Assembly: GCA_037917685.1 (NCBI GenBank)
Contig: JAVCBU010000006.1
Span: 1-64,000, forward strand
DNA: 64,000 nt
Source of the DNA: Thermoproteota archaeon
Lineage (GTDB): Archaea > Korarchaeota > Korarchaeia > Korarchaeales > JAOZGB01
Reading direction: 5' to 3'
This document shows, piece by piece, positions 27,827 to 37,085 of this stretch. Position numbers and translations under genes: made by a program. The notes beneath the pieces were generated by a model that did no database searches, was not told the origin of the DNA, and saw only the letters and a program-made list of their open reading frames with translations. Every line of letters begins with the position of its first letter. The first letter of the stretch is position 1.

Positions 27827-28832
27827 AAAATCTTTCAGCCCTTTTCTTAATAGAAAGACGGAATGATTGATCAGCAGCTTTTCTGATGAAAATCTTTACC
27901 ATTTTCGGGTTTGTTGTTGAGATTAAAAGTTTGAAATCTTCTAGAAACTTCATAACCCCTAGTGAGTCTCCCGGGTAACAAGACACGGTTGGTACACCAA
28001 GCAATGCTGCTTCTCTCGTCATAGTACCACCAGCCCCAATAACAGCATGGGAAAGGGGAGCTATTTCAGGGAACGGAATAACTTTATCGGCCACTACAAG
28101 TTGATCCCCCAGTATTCTAGAATAAATTTTAAGTTCCACATGGTTTCGAGGGTAAAGTAGCACTTTATATTTCTCCTCTATCCCATCCTTGAATATTTTT
28201 ACAAGAATACTATTTTCGGGTTTTTTGGCGTGATAGCTGCTGTCATATGGTTCGGGTCTAGCAATTATAAACTTATAAGGTTCTAACCCAAGTAATCTTA
28301 ACTTTTTAGGGCTTGGTTTAAATCCTGAAACATTTGCTATCTCACAGATCCCATTAAACTTTATGACGTTACGGTTGACTGAATATTCGATAAGTTTCGA
28401 TCCGGGAAAGCAAGCTGGAACAATTACTATTGAAGAAAGGGGAAAAGTCAACTTACATTGTGCTGCATTATGCTCATTGTCGTAGACCGTTATTGAGGGT
28501 ATATTAAATGTATATGCTACTCTTACGGCTTCCGGAGAGGCTTTAGAAACTAGTAAGGTTGGCCTCTCCCTTTTAACAATTCTAGACAGTTCGCGTATTC
28601 TTTCCGTGTACTTATAGAGTTTCTGCGTTATTGTCGTGCCGTGGGAGCCAACAACATATATTTTAACATCGTCCATGCCGTCAAAGATGATTCTTGAGAG
28701 GGGAGCCGCATATCCATACTCTCTGGAGGTGATTATTACATCAAGTCCTTCATCCACTGCCCTCTTAACTATCGAATTAAAGAATAGAGCATGCGGTGCC
28801 CCTGCAATATCAACCCAAAGCTTGCAATTCAC
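27753..28832 (-). CDS. DUF354 family GT-B glycosyltransferase-like protein
   Basis: LWVDI..PHALFF, DNEH, RPEP..SSY and GAGGTMTREAALLGVP. Confidence 0.88.
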   Translation of the reverse strand: MNCKLWVDIAGAPHALFFNSIVKRAVDEGLDVIITSREYGYAAPLSRIIFDGMDDVKIYVVGSHGTTITQKLYKYTERIRELSRIVKRERPTLLVSKASPEAVRVAYTFNIPSITVYDNEHNAAQCKLTFPLSSIVIVPACFPGSKLIEYSVNRNVIKFNGICEIANVSGFKPSPKKLRLLGLEPYKFIIARPEPYDSSYHAKKPENSILVKIFKDGIEEKYKVLLYPRNHVELKIYSRILGDQLVVADKVIPFPEIAPLSHAVIGAGGTMTREAALLGVPTVSCYPGDSLGVMKFLEDFKLLISTTNPKMVKIFIRKAADQSFRLSIKKRAERFFNKVENPALVVWRAISTLSLKSVQ

Positions 28833-28903
28833 AATTATAAATTGTGGAAAGACGAAGATTAAGGTTTATCATATGAAATTGTAGAAAACTATGAAATCGT
28901 TGA

Positions 28904-29035
28904 TGGGCCCGGCGGGACTCGAACCCGCGGCCTCCGGCTTTCCTAAGGCTGAGTGACTGACCGCCATATAAGGCATGCGCGCCTGGCTCGGCGCTCCTAC
29001 TGGGTTTAGGTCAGTCCAGGCTGAGCTACGGGCCC
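28904..29035 (-). tRNA. tRNA-Ile(TAT) with three introns: 20a/21 (28998-29013), 29/30 (28975-28988), 37/38 (28940-28966)
   Basis: GGGCCCG/CGGGCCC+A73; after splicing CCGGC-CT-TAT-AA-GCCGG; BHB-type motif at each intron. Confidence 0.88.
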
Positions 29036-29070
29036 TCCTATCTTTTATATCTTAGGATGTTTAAAATGTT

Positions 29071-30183
29071 TTAGACCGATGTCACCTTAAAAATTAATTC
29101 CTCTCTATACCCTGTAATGACACGGTAATATCCTGTTAATTCCCTGTTCAACTCAGCATCTCCTGTATCTATAAGAAGTTTATTAAGATTTCTAAGTTTT
29201 CTCTTTGTCGCCACTATGATTATATTTTCTCTTCCTATTCTTCTTAGAACTTTTGGAGTTAACTGGAGGTTTCCCCTCCCAATTAGGAATCCTGAGCCGC
29301 CTAGAGGAGAGATTATTAATTTTACATTTGCGCATTTCTCCAATATAGATAATAGTGAGGTTTCAGATGCATCTTTAACGATAATTTTCCCCTTTCTAAC
29401 TACATCGAAACCCAAAAGCGTTTTTCCTACTCCTATCTCCTCAGCTATCGCTCTAACAGTTAGTCCAGGCCCTAAAATGTAACAGGTTTCCTCATCCATC
29501 TCTTCAACCACGTATTTTGCTATACTATCCATGATGTCCCTCTCACTTAAGCTGGATGGCTGTTTTTCACCTTGCAGGACTTCTGGAATGAATGGAACCT
29601 TGAGGTATCCGTAAAGTTCGACTTTTAAAACATCTCTTCTATAGTCCTTTTCACTAATGTCAAGAACTTCCTCCTCAATAAGCGGAAGCTTCCGTGTTAA
29701 ATACTCCTTCACCAATGCTCCAGCTGCACGGGGTGATACCGCAAAAACTCCAGAATACATTTTAACTCCGGCTGGGATACCGACTACAGGTATTTTTAGA
29801 TCCACAGCGTCAACCATATTGACAGCTGTTCCATCGCCCCCTGAAAACATTATTAAGGGAAGGTTAAGCTTTAACATATCTTTAGCAGCATTTATAGTAT
29901 CCCTATAAGTAGTTCTACTTGCTACCGGCTTACCTATTATCTTATATTCCACACCTGAAATTTGCGCGGACTTCTCACCCATCAGTCCTGAGTAAGTATA
30001 TACTACAATCGGCATGCCCCTTAGAACCTTTAGAGCTTCGGCTGCTCTAAGATGAGATTTGGGCTTATAACCCATCTTCAATGCTTTTACCACTATTTCA
30101 GGGTCGTCTGTTCCCTTATATCCTATTGGGCCTCCAAGCCCGCTGATAGGATTAACAATAAGCCCTATCTTAATTCTTTTCAT
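29071..30183 (-). CDS. ATP-NAD kinase-like protein (COG3199-type)
   Basis: IVNPISGLGG..KGTD, GGDGTA, GIPAGVKMYSGVFA and GRGNLQ. Confidence 0.88.
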   Translation of the reverse strand: MKRIKIGLIVNPISGLGGPIGYKGTDDPEIVVKALKMGYKPKSHLRAAEALKVLRGMPIVVYTYSGLMGEKSAQISGVEYKIIGKPVASRTTYRDTINAAKDMLKLNLPLIMFSGGDGTAVNMVDAVDLKIPVVGIPAGVKMYSGVFAVSPRAAGALVKEYLTRKLPLIEEEVLDISEKDYRRDVLKVELYGYLKVPFIPEVLQGEKQPSSLSERDIMDSIAKYVVEEMDEETCYILGPGLTVRAIAEEIGVGKTLLGFDVVRKGKIIVKDASETSLLSILEKCANVKLIISPLGGSGFLIGRGNLQLTPKVLRRIGRENIIIVATKRKLRNLNKLLIDTGDAELNRELTGYYRVITGYREELIFKVTSV

Positions 30184-31004
30184 TTTACTTTGAAGAAAGG
30201 TTCGTAATTTATGTTAAGCCTGCCAGGATAAGGTCTAGCCCGCCCCAATCCTTCTCTTCGCCTGAAATTTTCTGCTCTCGGGCCTGGCTGTGGTTTGATT
30301 ATTACAATGGGAATCCCCTTTCCAGAGCCCATCGTAATTGAGGAGGCTGCCGCAGCCCTTATGCAGTGAGCTATGCTTAAACCTAACGTGGCGCCAATGG
30401 GTGTAGATACAAGCGTAGGTAAACCTATCAAAGCTTTTCCTGTCTTCCAGCCAGCGTCGGTATCGACTATCACAATGTCTACAAGTCTATTTAGAGAAGT
30501 ATTTATGGTTTTAGAGATCTCGTAGGCTATCATATTAGCATTGGAGGGTAGGAGCACACCATAAAATCTTCTGTTAATTTTAACAAAGTCTAACCCGATA
30601 AGCTCATTTTCATCTATTTCCAGCCCTGTTTTTCCCGACAGCTCTACTGTTAAGGTTTTTCTTTCCTCCTTGGACATGTAAAGCGGGTCTCCTGCTGATC
30701 TAAAATATTCTATCGGGACTACTCTGCCTTGTGCGATAGCTATGGGTTTGGATGCTATTGTTACTATGTCCCCGTTTTCTAAGAAGGTTTTAGAAAGGGC
30801 TCTAATAATACTTCGATATAAGCCTTCTAATCCCCTACTGATGTGCAATCTACATCTAATAGGTATAATCTGGTATGTAGGGCCGCTCCCTGCACCTAGG
30901 GCTGCATAGACGCCTTTAAATGTCTGATTCATAACCTGGAATAGAAGTTTTCTGTCTATAATCATGGGTTTACCAACTATCTCCCCCCGACTTTTAACTG
31001 ACAA
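30180..31004 (-). CDS. CofE/F420-0:gamma-glutamyl ligase-like protein (divergent)
   Basis: LENGDIVTIASKPIAIAQGRVV, IVIVDTD and MGSGKGIPIVII. Confidence 0.65.
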   Translation of the reverse strand: MSVKSRGEIVGKPMIIDRKLLFQVMNQTFKGVYAALGAGSGPTYQIIPIRCRLHISRGLEGLYRSIIRALSKTFLENGDIVTIASKPIAIAQGRVVPIEYFRSAGDPLYMSKEERKTLTVELSGKTGLEIDENELIGLDFVKINRRFYGVLLPSNANMIAYEISKTINTSLNRLVDIVIVDTDAGWKTGKALIGLPTLVSTPIGATLGLSIAHCIRAAAASSITMGSGKGIPIVIIKPQPGPRAENFRRREGLGRARPYPGRLNINYEPFFKVK

Positions 31005-31086
31005 GAACTACACCTGCTGGAAGGCAGTAGGTATCATACTAGGATTAAAATCTTTCCATTCTATAGTTAGAAAGGCATGTAGTTTT

Positions 31087-31680
31087 ATGACGGAGGATAA
31101 CATTAACTTGAAGAGTGGAACGCTAACCCTCATATACGGGTTAAACGGACAGTACTGCAGTCTATTAGGGCTTAAACTATTAATCAAGAGAGTAAAGTTT
31201 GGAAGAGTTTTTCTTATAGACATGGCGGGCTATACCAGTAGAATCCCTATAGAAGACTTTCTAAATGAAATACAAGTATTAAAGAGGATTTTTATAACAC
31301 ATTGGGGGTTAAGAGAAGCTAATTACAATATCATAGAGTTACAGACCATATTAAGGTGTGACTTTAAAATGTTAGGTCTTTTCGGACTCACTGAAAGCTA
31401 CTCTAAAGAGATTTCGATAAAAGCAGACGATAAGGAGGAAGTGTTAAGACTCAACAAGACTGTAAATTTGATAATGGGCTTCCTGAAATTTTATAGCAAA
31501 ACTCTTAACATTCCGGTTTTTGTGACATGTGAAGTGGAAAAGATAAATGATAAAATCAGACCGGCCGCCAATATCTTAAGATATTGGCCTAACAATAAAA
31601 TATGGGTTAGAGACTATAGGGATGGGTATCTATACGTCTACTTAGAAGAGTCCGACGTAGAGGGTAAAGTGAAATTATGA
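31087..31680 (+). CDS. Degenerate RadB/RecA-fold protein
   Basis: GTLTLIYG, VFLID, NIPVFVT and ILRYW mirror the RadB layout, but the Walker A GKT is absent. Confidence 0.6.
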   Translation: MTEDNINLKSGTLTLIYGLNGQYCSLLGLKLLIKRVKFGRVFLIDMAGYTSRIPIEDFLNEIQVLKRIFITHWGLREANYNIIELQTILRCDFKMLGLFGLTESYSKEISIKADDKEEVLRLNKTVNLIMGFLKFYSKTLNIPVFVTCEVEKINDKIRPAANILRYWPNNKIWVRDYRDGYLYVYLEESDVEGKVKL

Positions 31681-31695
31681 TGAGGGTGGTGACAG

Positions 31696-32184
31696 ATGAA
31701 CTTTATCTATTATGTTAAGACAGCGTTGCTTTTCCTCCCTGCATATGTCAGTAATATGAGCCCCCTATTAGTTACTCGTTTGATAGGTGGCGGTAGACCA
31801 TTAGACATGGGAATAAATTTTGTAGACGGAAAACGGCTGTTTGGAGATAATAAAACTGTCGAGGGCACCTTTTCCATTATTATTGTAGGCTCCATTCTTG
31901 GATTGATCTATGATCTAAAATTCATAGGGTTCATCCAGGCCCTTGGGGTAGCTGTTGGAGACATCGTTGGTTCTTTTATGAAAAGGAGGCTTTGCATAGA
32001 ACCTGGTGGAAGTCTGCCATTTATAGACCAAGAACTTTTCATGATACTTGCTATACTGCTTTCAAACCCGTTCTTAAAGCTAAGTTTAAGGCAGATAGCC
32101 TTTATCCTCGCGATAACTCCTGTCCTCCACCTTGTTTCAAATGCGGTAGCTTTTTTAATTGGATTGAAGGAAGTCCCATATTGA
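31696..32184 (+). CDS. carS: CDP-archaeol synthase
   Basis: PAYVSN, PLD.G..F.DGKRLFGDNKT.EG, GD..GSFMKRR, DQ and KEVPY. Confidence 0.93.
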   Translation: MNFIYYVKTALLFLPAYVSNMSPLLVTRLIGGGRPLDMGINFVDGKRLFGDNKTVEGTFSIIIVGSILGLIYDLKFIGFIQALGVAVGDIVGSFMKRRLCIEPGGSLPFIDQELFMILAILLSNPFLKLSLRQIAFILAITPVLHLVSNAVAFLIGLKEVPY

Positions 32185-32194
32185 GGAGACGCCA

Positions 32195-33124
32195 TTGCAA
32201 GAACATGAGTTATCACTCCTCGGCCTTAAGAGGAGAATAATCGAAAAGCTTGTCAGGGCAGGATTTGCGACGGTTGAGGACTTATTGTATCATAGTAGTA
32301 GGGAGATAATGGATAAAACAGGTTTGCCCAAGAAAGTAGTTGATGACATCTTAAGTAGGGCTGCTGTGATCGCTGATTCAGGGTTTAAGACAGCATATGA
32401 AATGCTGATTACTGGTAGGACAAAGATAACTACCGGCTGTAAAAACCTTGATAAACTCCTCAAGGGGGGCATTGAGGTTGGAAACATCACTGAGGTATTT
32501 GGTGAGCACGGATCTGGAAAGAGCCAGTTTGCCATGCAACTATCAGTAATGGTTCAACTCCCACCAAGAGATGGAGGCTTAGGGAAGAAGGCTATCTACA
32601 TAGATACAGAAGGGTCTTTTTCTCCCAACAGAATTAGAGCGATAGCTGGATCCAGGGGGTTAGATCCTAACGTAGTTCTTAGCAGAATAATTTATAAAAG
32701 GGTATCAAGCGTGTTTGAGCTGTTACATAGCATAAGAAAGGCTGCTAAACTAGTTAGGGATTATGATGCCGGCATATTGATAGTAGACTCTTTAACCGCG
32801 CCCTTTAGGCTGGAGTATCAAGGGCTTGCTGAACTTGCTGAAAGACAGCAAAAAATCGAGAGTGCACTAATGAAGCTTGCAAGGATAGCATCATACGAAG
32901 AAATAGCGGTATTAATAACAAATCAAGTTGTTGAATCGCCAGGATCAAGAAAAACGGATATTGGTTCGGTGGGCGGCCATGTTATAGCACACGTTTCTAA
33001 TCTTAGGATCCTATTTAGGAAAGGAGTGGAAGATAAGAGGATAGCCATGATAGAAGACTCTTCATTTATACCTTTAGGAGAGACTATATTTGTTATAAAA
33101 GATATAGGAATAACTGATCCTTGA
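32195..33124 (+). CDS. radA: DNA recombinase RadA family
   Basis: N-terminal HhH, GEHGSGKSQ, YIDTEGSF, LAERQQ and GGHVIAH. Confidence 0.9.
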   Translation: MQEHELSLLGLKRRIIEKLVRAGFATVEDLLYHSSREIMDKTGLPKKVVDDILSRAAVIADSGFKTAYEMLITGRTKITTGCKNLDKLLKGGIEVGNITEVFGEHGSGKSQFAMQLSVMVQLPPRDGGLGKKAIYIDTEGSFSPNRIRAIAGSRGLDPNVVLSRIIYKRVSSVFELLHSIRKAAKLVRDYDAGILIVDSLTAPFRLEYQGLAELAERQQKIESALMKLARIASYEEIAVLITNQVVESPGSRKTDIGSVGGHVIAHVSNLRILFRKGVEDKRIAMIEDSSFIPLGETIFVIKDIGITDP

Positions 33125-33135
33125 GGTGCATTCGA

Positions 33136-34065
33136 TTGAGTCTGTATGGGAGAGACTTGTTATCACTTCTTGAGTATGACTCAGGCGAAATTAGGTCGAT
33201 TGTAGACATAGCGTTAAAATTGAAAAAGGGTTTCTATCCTCCTTCGACCCTTAAAGGCAAGAACATCCTAGCTCTATTTGAAAAGCCGTCGACAAGAACA
33301 AGGATCTCTATGGAAGTTGCCACAGAAAGCTTAGGAGGGAACTTCATTTATATAGATAAAACTACAACCCAGCTAGCTAGAGGAGAAACTCTTAGAGACT
33401 TCGCCATAGTAACAAGCCGTTATGTAGACCTTATCGCCATTAGAGCTTACAATCATAACGACCTGATCGAGATTTCGAAATGGGCAGATGTTCCCGTTGT
33501 AAACATGTTAACAGACAAGTTCCATCCATTACAAGCTCTAGCTGATGTCATGACCATAATTGAAAGGAAGAAGGGAAAAGTAACAGTGGCGTTCTTAGGA
33601 GACGGCTCAGCAAATACATGCCACAGCCTAATGATCGCCTCAACAAAGATGGGATGGGAGTTCAGAGTTGGATGTCCAGAGGTCTTAAACCCCGACCAGG
33701 AAATATATGAAATGGCACAGAGGAGTGCAGATAAAAATGGTGGAACAATATTTGTAACCGAGGACCCGGTAGAGGCTGTAAAGAACGTAGACGTGGTTTA
33801 TACAGACACATGGTTTTCTATGGGTGTAAAAAGATCCGAAGAACGGATGAAATTGCTACGACCATATCAGGTTAACTCTAGGCTTCTCTCATACGCTAAC
33901 AAAGACGTTATGGTTATGCACTGTCTTCCATGGTATATTGGTGAGGAAATAACAAGCGAAGTTGCATATGGTCCTAAGTCTGTTGTCTGGGATCAGGCTG
34001 AAAATAGGCTTCATACAGCAAAGGCTGTACTACTACTTTTACTCACTCCAGGCTTAAAGGTTTAA
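33136..34065 (+). CDS. argF: Ornithine carbamoyltransferase
   Basis: FEKPSTRT, HPLQALAD, YTDTWFSMG, HCLP and QAENRLH. Confidence 0.94.
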   Translation: MSLYGRDLLSLLEYDSGEIRSIVDIALKLKKGFYPPSTLKGKNILALFEKPSTRTRISMEVATESLGGNFIYIDKTTTQLARGETLRDFAIVTSRYVDLIAIRAYNHNDLIEISKWADVPVVNMLTDKFHPLQALADVMTIIERKKGKVTVAFLGDGSANTCHSLMIASTKMGWEFRVGCPEVLNPDQEIYEMAQRSADKNGGTIFVTEDPVEAVKNVDVVYTDTWFSMGVKRSEERMKLLRPYQVNSRLLSYANKDVMVMHCLPWYIGEEITSEVAYGPKSVVWDQAENRLHTAKAVLLLLLTPGLKV

Positions 34066-34152
34066 CTTAATATCATCCGACAATTACGAAAACAAGTTAT
34101 GTTTATAATTCTACCCTGGATTTAACCTAGAAAACATCGCTAGGGGTTAACG

Positions 34153-35262
34153 TTGAAGTCAGTAATTAAGGATGTTATTAGAAGTAGGCCTATACCGGAG
34201 GCTAAACTAGGCGAAACTGAGGCAGATAGAGAGCTTAGGGAAATATGGGAGAAAGCTAGGATAAAGATAAAAGTAATCGGAGTTGGAGGGGCAGGAAGCA
34301 ACACTGTAACGAGGTTCATGCAGTTTAACGTTGAAGGCGTTGAAACCCTAGCTGTGAACACCGATGTACAGCACCTGCTTTTAACCAAGGCAAACGATAA
34401 ACTTCTTATTGGTAAAACCCTCTGTGGAGGGATCGGTGCTGGAGGAGATTACGTAATAGGGGAAGAAGCGGCAAAGGAAAGCCTTGACGATATCAAGAAG
34501 AAAGTCGAAGGAACGGATTTGGTATTCATAACTTGCGGACTTGGTGGGGGGACAGGTACCGGAGCATCGCACATAATCGCCCGTGTGGCACGAGAGCAAG
34601 GTGCTCTAGTGATCGCCCTCGCAACATTGCCGTTTACAGTTGAAGGCAAAGCTAGGAGGGAAGCAGCCATATGGGGCTTAGAGAGACTTTCAAAAGTTAC
34701 CGACACTCTAATAATCATACCAAATGACAAAATATTGGAGATAGCAAGAGAACTACCATTAAGCCAAGCGTTCCTTGTGAGTGATGAAATCCTAGCTAGG
34801 GCAATACAGGGAATCGCTGAAATGCTACTAAAACCTGGACTAATCAACGTAGACTTTGCAGATCTGAGAACAGTTATAGAAGGTGGCGGGCCAGCATTAA
34901 TCTCGTTCGGTGAGTCAGACTCCAACACCAGAGCCTCAGATGCCGTGAGGGATGCCCTTAACAACCCACTATTGGATGTAGATATTTCTGGAGCTAGAGG
35001 AGCCCTAATAAATATATCATGCGGCCCAGATATATCCTTAGAAGAAGTTGAAGAAGTCGTTGAGAGTATAGTGGGAGAGCTAGACCCAGATGCGGTTACC
35101 ATATGGGGGGCAAGAATAAAGGAAGAACTTAAAGGAATGATTCAAGTATTACTAATAGTAGTGGGGGTTACATCACCCTACATCGTAGGCTATGAATCCG
35201 AAATCGAGGGAGAAATTAAAGGAACCGAGGGTGCTGATGTAACAGGCATCGAGGAAATCTAG
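34153..35262 (+). CDS. ftsZ: Cell division protein FtsZ (FtsZ1 context, upstream of secE)
   Basis: IGVGGAGSN, GLGGGTGTG and INVDFADL. Confidence 0.96.
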   Translation: MKSVIKDVIRSRPIPEAKLGETEADRELREIWEKARIKIKVIGVGGAGSNTVTRFMQFNVEGVETLAVNTDVQHLLLTKANDKLLIGKTLCGGIGAGGDYVIGEEAAKESLDDIKKKVEGTDLVFITCGLGGGTGTGASHIIARVAREQGALVIALATLPFTVEGKARREAAIWGLERLSKVTDTLIIIPNDKILEIARELPLSQAFLVSDEILARAIQGIAEMLLKPGLINVDFADLRTVIEGGGPALISFGESDSNTRASDAVRDALNNPLLDVDISGARGALINISCGPDISLEEVEEVVESIVGELDPDAVTIWGARIKEELKGMIQVLLIVVGVTSPYIVGYESEIEGEIKGTEGADVTGIEEI

Positions 35263-35271
35263 GTGTTACAT

Positions 35272-35448
35272 ATGGGCATAAAATCAACGATCAGGGATTG
35301 CATTAGAACGTTAAGAGTGGCGAGGAAACCTACCAGAGAGTCTTTACTCATCAGCCTAAAGGTAACTCTACTTGGATTCTTCTTAGTTGGATTCATAGGA
35401 TTCGTTATAAAATCTGTAGTATACATACTGACTAAGTATGGACCGTAA
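35272..35448 (+). CDS. secE: Protein translocase SecE/Sec61 gamma
   Basis: RVARKPTREs...GFIGFVI. Confidence 0.9.
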   Translation: MGIKSTIRDCIRTLRVARKPTRESLLISLKVTLLGFFLVGFIGFVIKSVVYILTKYGP

Positions 35449-35948
35449 TGGCGGTTCAAATGGAAGACAGGACGAAAACTTTCTTCTTCGTAGTCAAAGT
35501 ACCTGCAGGCCAAGAGGCGAATATTGCGTTCTTGTTAAGGAGACGTGCTAAAGAGGAGGGGATAAGAGTAAAGTCTATTTTAGGATTTGACAAGCTTAAG
35601 GGCTTCTTATTTGTAGAAGCAGAGCATGTATATCAAGTTAGAAAACTCATAAGTAGAATCCCAAGAGTTAGAATGCCACTTGGCGTAGGCCCAGCGAAGG
35701 AAGAAGACATCGTTAACTACATAACGAGAATACCTGAAAAGCTGAAACTCAAACCCGGAGATATAGTCAAGATATCCGACGGGCTATTCAAAGGTGCATT
35801 AGCTAAAGTTAAGTCGGTGGATGAAGAACGTGGAATGGTTTCAGTTGAATTGATGGATACGGAGAGCAGATGGGACTTGTCAGTAGGGATAGACCATGTC
35901 AAACTTGAAAAGAGGGGTGAAGAGGTTGGGGAAGAAAAAGGAGGTTAA
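35448..35948 (+). CDS. nusG: Transcription elongation factor Spt5/NusG
   Basis: GQEANIA, LKGFLFVEA and KOW motif GDIVKISDGLFKG. Confidence 0.93.
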   Translation: MAVQMEDRTKTFFFVVKVPAGQEANIAFLLRRRAKEEGIRVKSILGFDKLKGFLFVEAEHVYQVRKLISRIPRVRMPLGVGPAKEEDIVNYITRIPEKLKLKPGDIVKISDGLFKGALAKVKSVDEERGMVSVELMDTESRWDLSVGIDHVKLEKRGEEVGEEKGG

Positions 35949-36414
35949 AGTCTTAATCGAAGGGGGTAAAGCCACCCCAGGGCCACCCCTAGGTCCAGCA
36001 CTTGGTCCATACGGGGTTAGAATGGATCTTGTTGTGGCTGAGATAAATAAGAAGACAAAGGAATATGCAGGGATGAAGGTACCGGTAGTAGTAATCGTAG
36101 ACATTGAAACACGTGATTTCGAAGTGAAAGTCGGGGTTCCCCCGACTTCAGCTCTCATACTTAGAGAGCTAAAAGCCGAAAAAGGATCAGGAGCCCCAGG
36201 TCAAGAAAAAAGTGGGGACATATCATTCGAGACCGTGTTGAAGATAGCTAAGATAAAGATGGAACAATCGACAGCTTACAAGTTGAAATCTGTAGTGAAA
36301 GAGATCCTAGGAACATGCAAGAGCATGGGAGTTACCGTTGAAGGCATGGACCCCAAAGAAGTAATAAGGAAAGTTGATAATGGAGAATACAATGGCAAGT
36401 TAAGGGGTGAATAA
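35926..36414 (+). CDS. rpl11: 50S ribosomal protein uL11
   Basis: GGKATPGPPLGPALGP and GTCKSMGV. Confidence 0.97.
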   Translation: MGKKKEVKVLIEGGKATPGPPLGPALGPYGVRMDLVVAEINKKTKEYAGMKVPVVVIVDIETRDFEVKVGVPPTSALILRELKAEKGSGAPGQEKSGDISFETVLKIAKIKMEQSTAYKLKSVVKEILGTCKSMGVTVEGMDPKEVIRKVDNGEYNGKLRGE

Positions 36415-36416
36415 AA

Positions 36417-37085
36417 GTGTCCAGCATTTTCAAAGACGACGAGCTTACAAAAGCTATAGAGAAGGTAAAAGCTAAAAGCCCGGAAAGAAGATTTAAAGAA
36501 TCTATAGATCTAACCATAGTTTTCAGAGGATTAGATCTTAAAAGAGACACCTCAAAAAGGCTTTCAGACAAGTTAGAACTACCACACCAGTTCAGCCCTG
36601 CTAAAAAGGTTTGCATAATAGGGTCTGCAGGCTTTGCATATAAAGCAAAGGAAGCCGGTGCAGATAAAATAATCACCCCTGAGGAGTTGAAAGAACTATC
36701 TAAGAACAAGAGATTACTGAAAAAATTAGCAAAGGAGTATGATCATTTTATCGCGCAAGCTGACTTAGTGCCAACCATAGCTAGAATTCTTGGACCAATT
36801 CTTGGTCCTAGAGGTAAGATTCCTACCCCCGTGCCTATAGCTGCAACCAATCTTGAAAGTATTGTTAACAAAATGAGAAAGAGTGTAACATTAAGAATGA
36901 GGAATCTCCCTGTATTACATGTCAAAGTCGGAAGCCGAGATATGGATACTAAAAAGATAGCTGAAAATATTAAAACTGTTTTAGATTATTTAGACAAGAA
37001 ATATGGAGGTTTAAGGAAATACTTTGAAAAAGCATATCTTAAAACTACGATGGGACCACCAGTCACAATAGGTGAACGAGAATGA
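36417..37085 (+). CDS. rpl1: 50S ribosomal protein uL1
   Basis: RRFKESIDL, LGPRGKIP and KTTMGP. Confidence 0.96.
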   Translation: MSSIFKDDELTKAIEKVKAKSPERRFKESIDLTIVFRGLDLKRDTSKRLSDKLELPHQFSPAKKVCIIGSAGFAYKAKEAGADKIITPEELKELSKNKRLLKKLAKEYDHFIAQADLVPTIARILGPILGPRGKIPTPVPIAATNLESIVNKMRKSVTLRMRNLPVLHVKVGSRDMDTKKIAENIKTVLDYLDKKYGGLRKYFEKAYLKTTMGPPVTIGERE

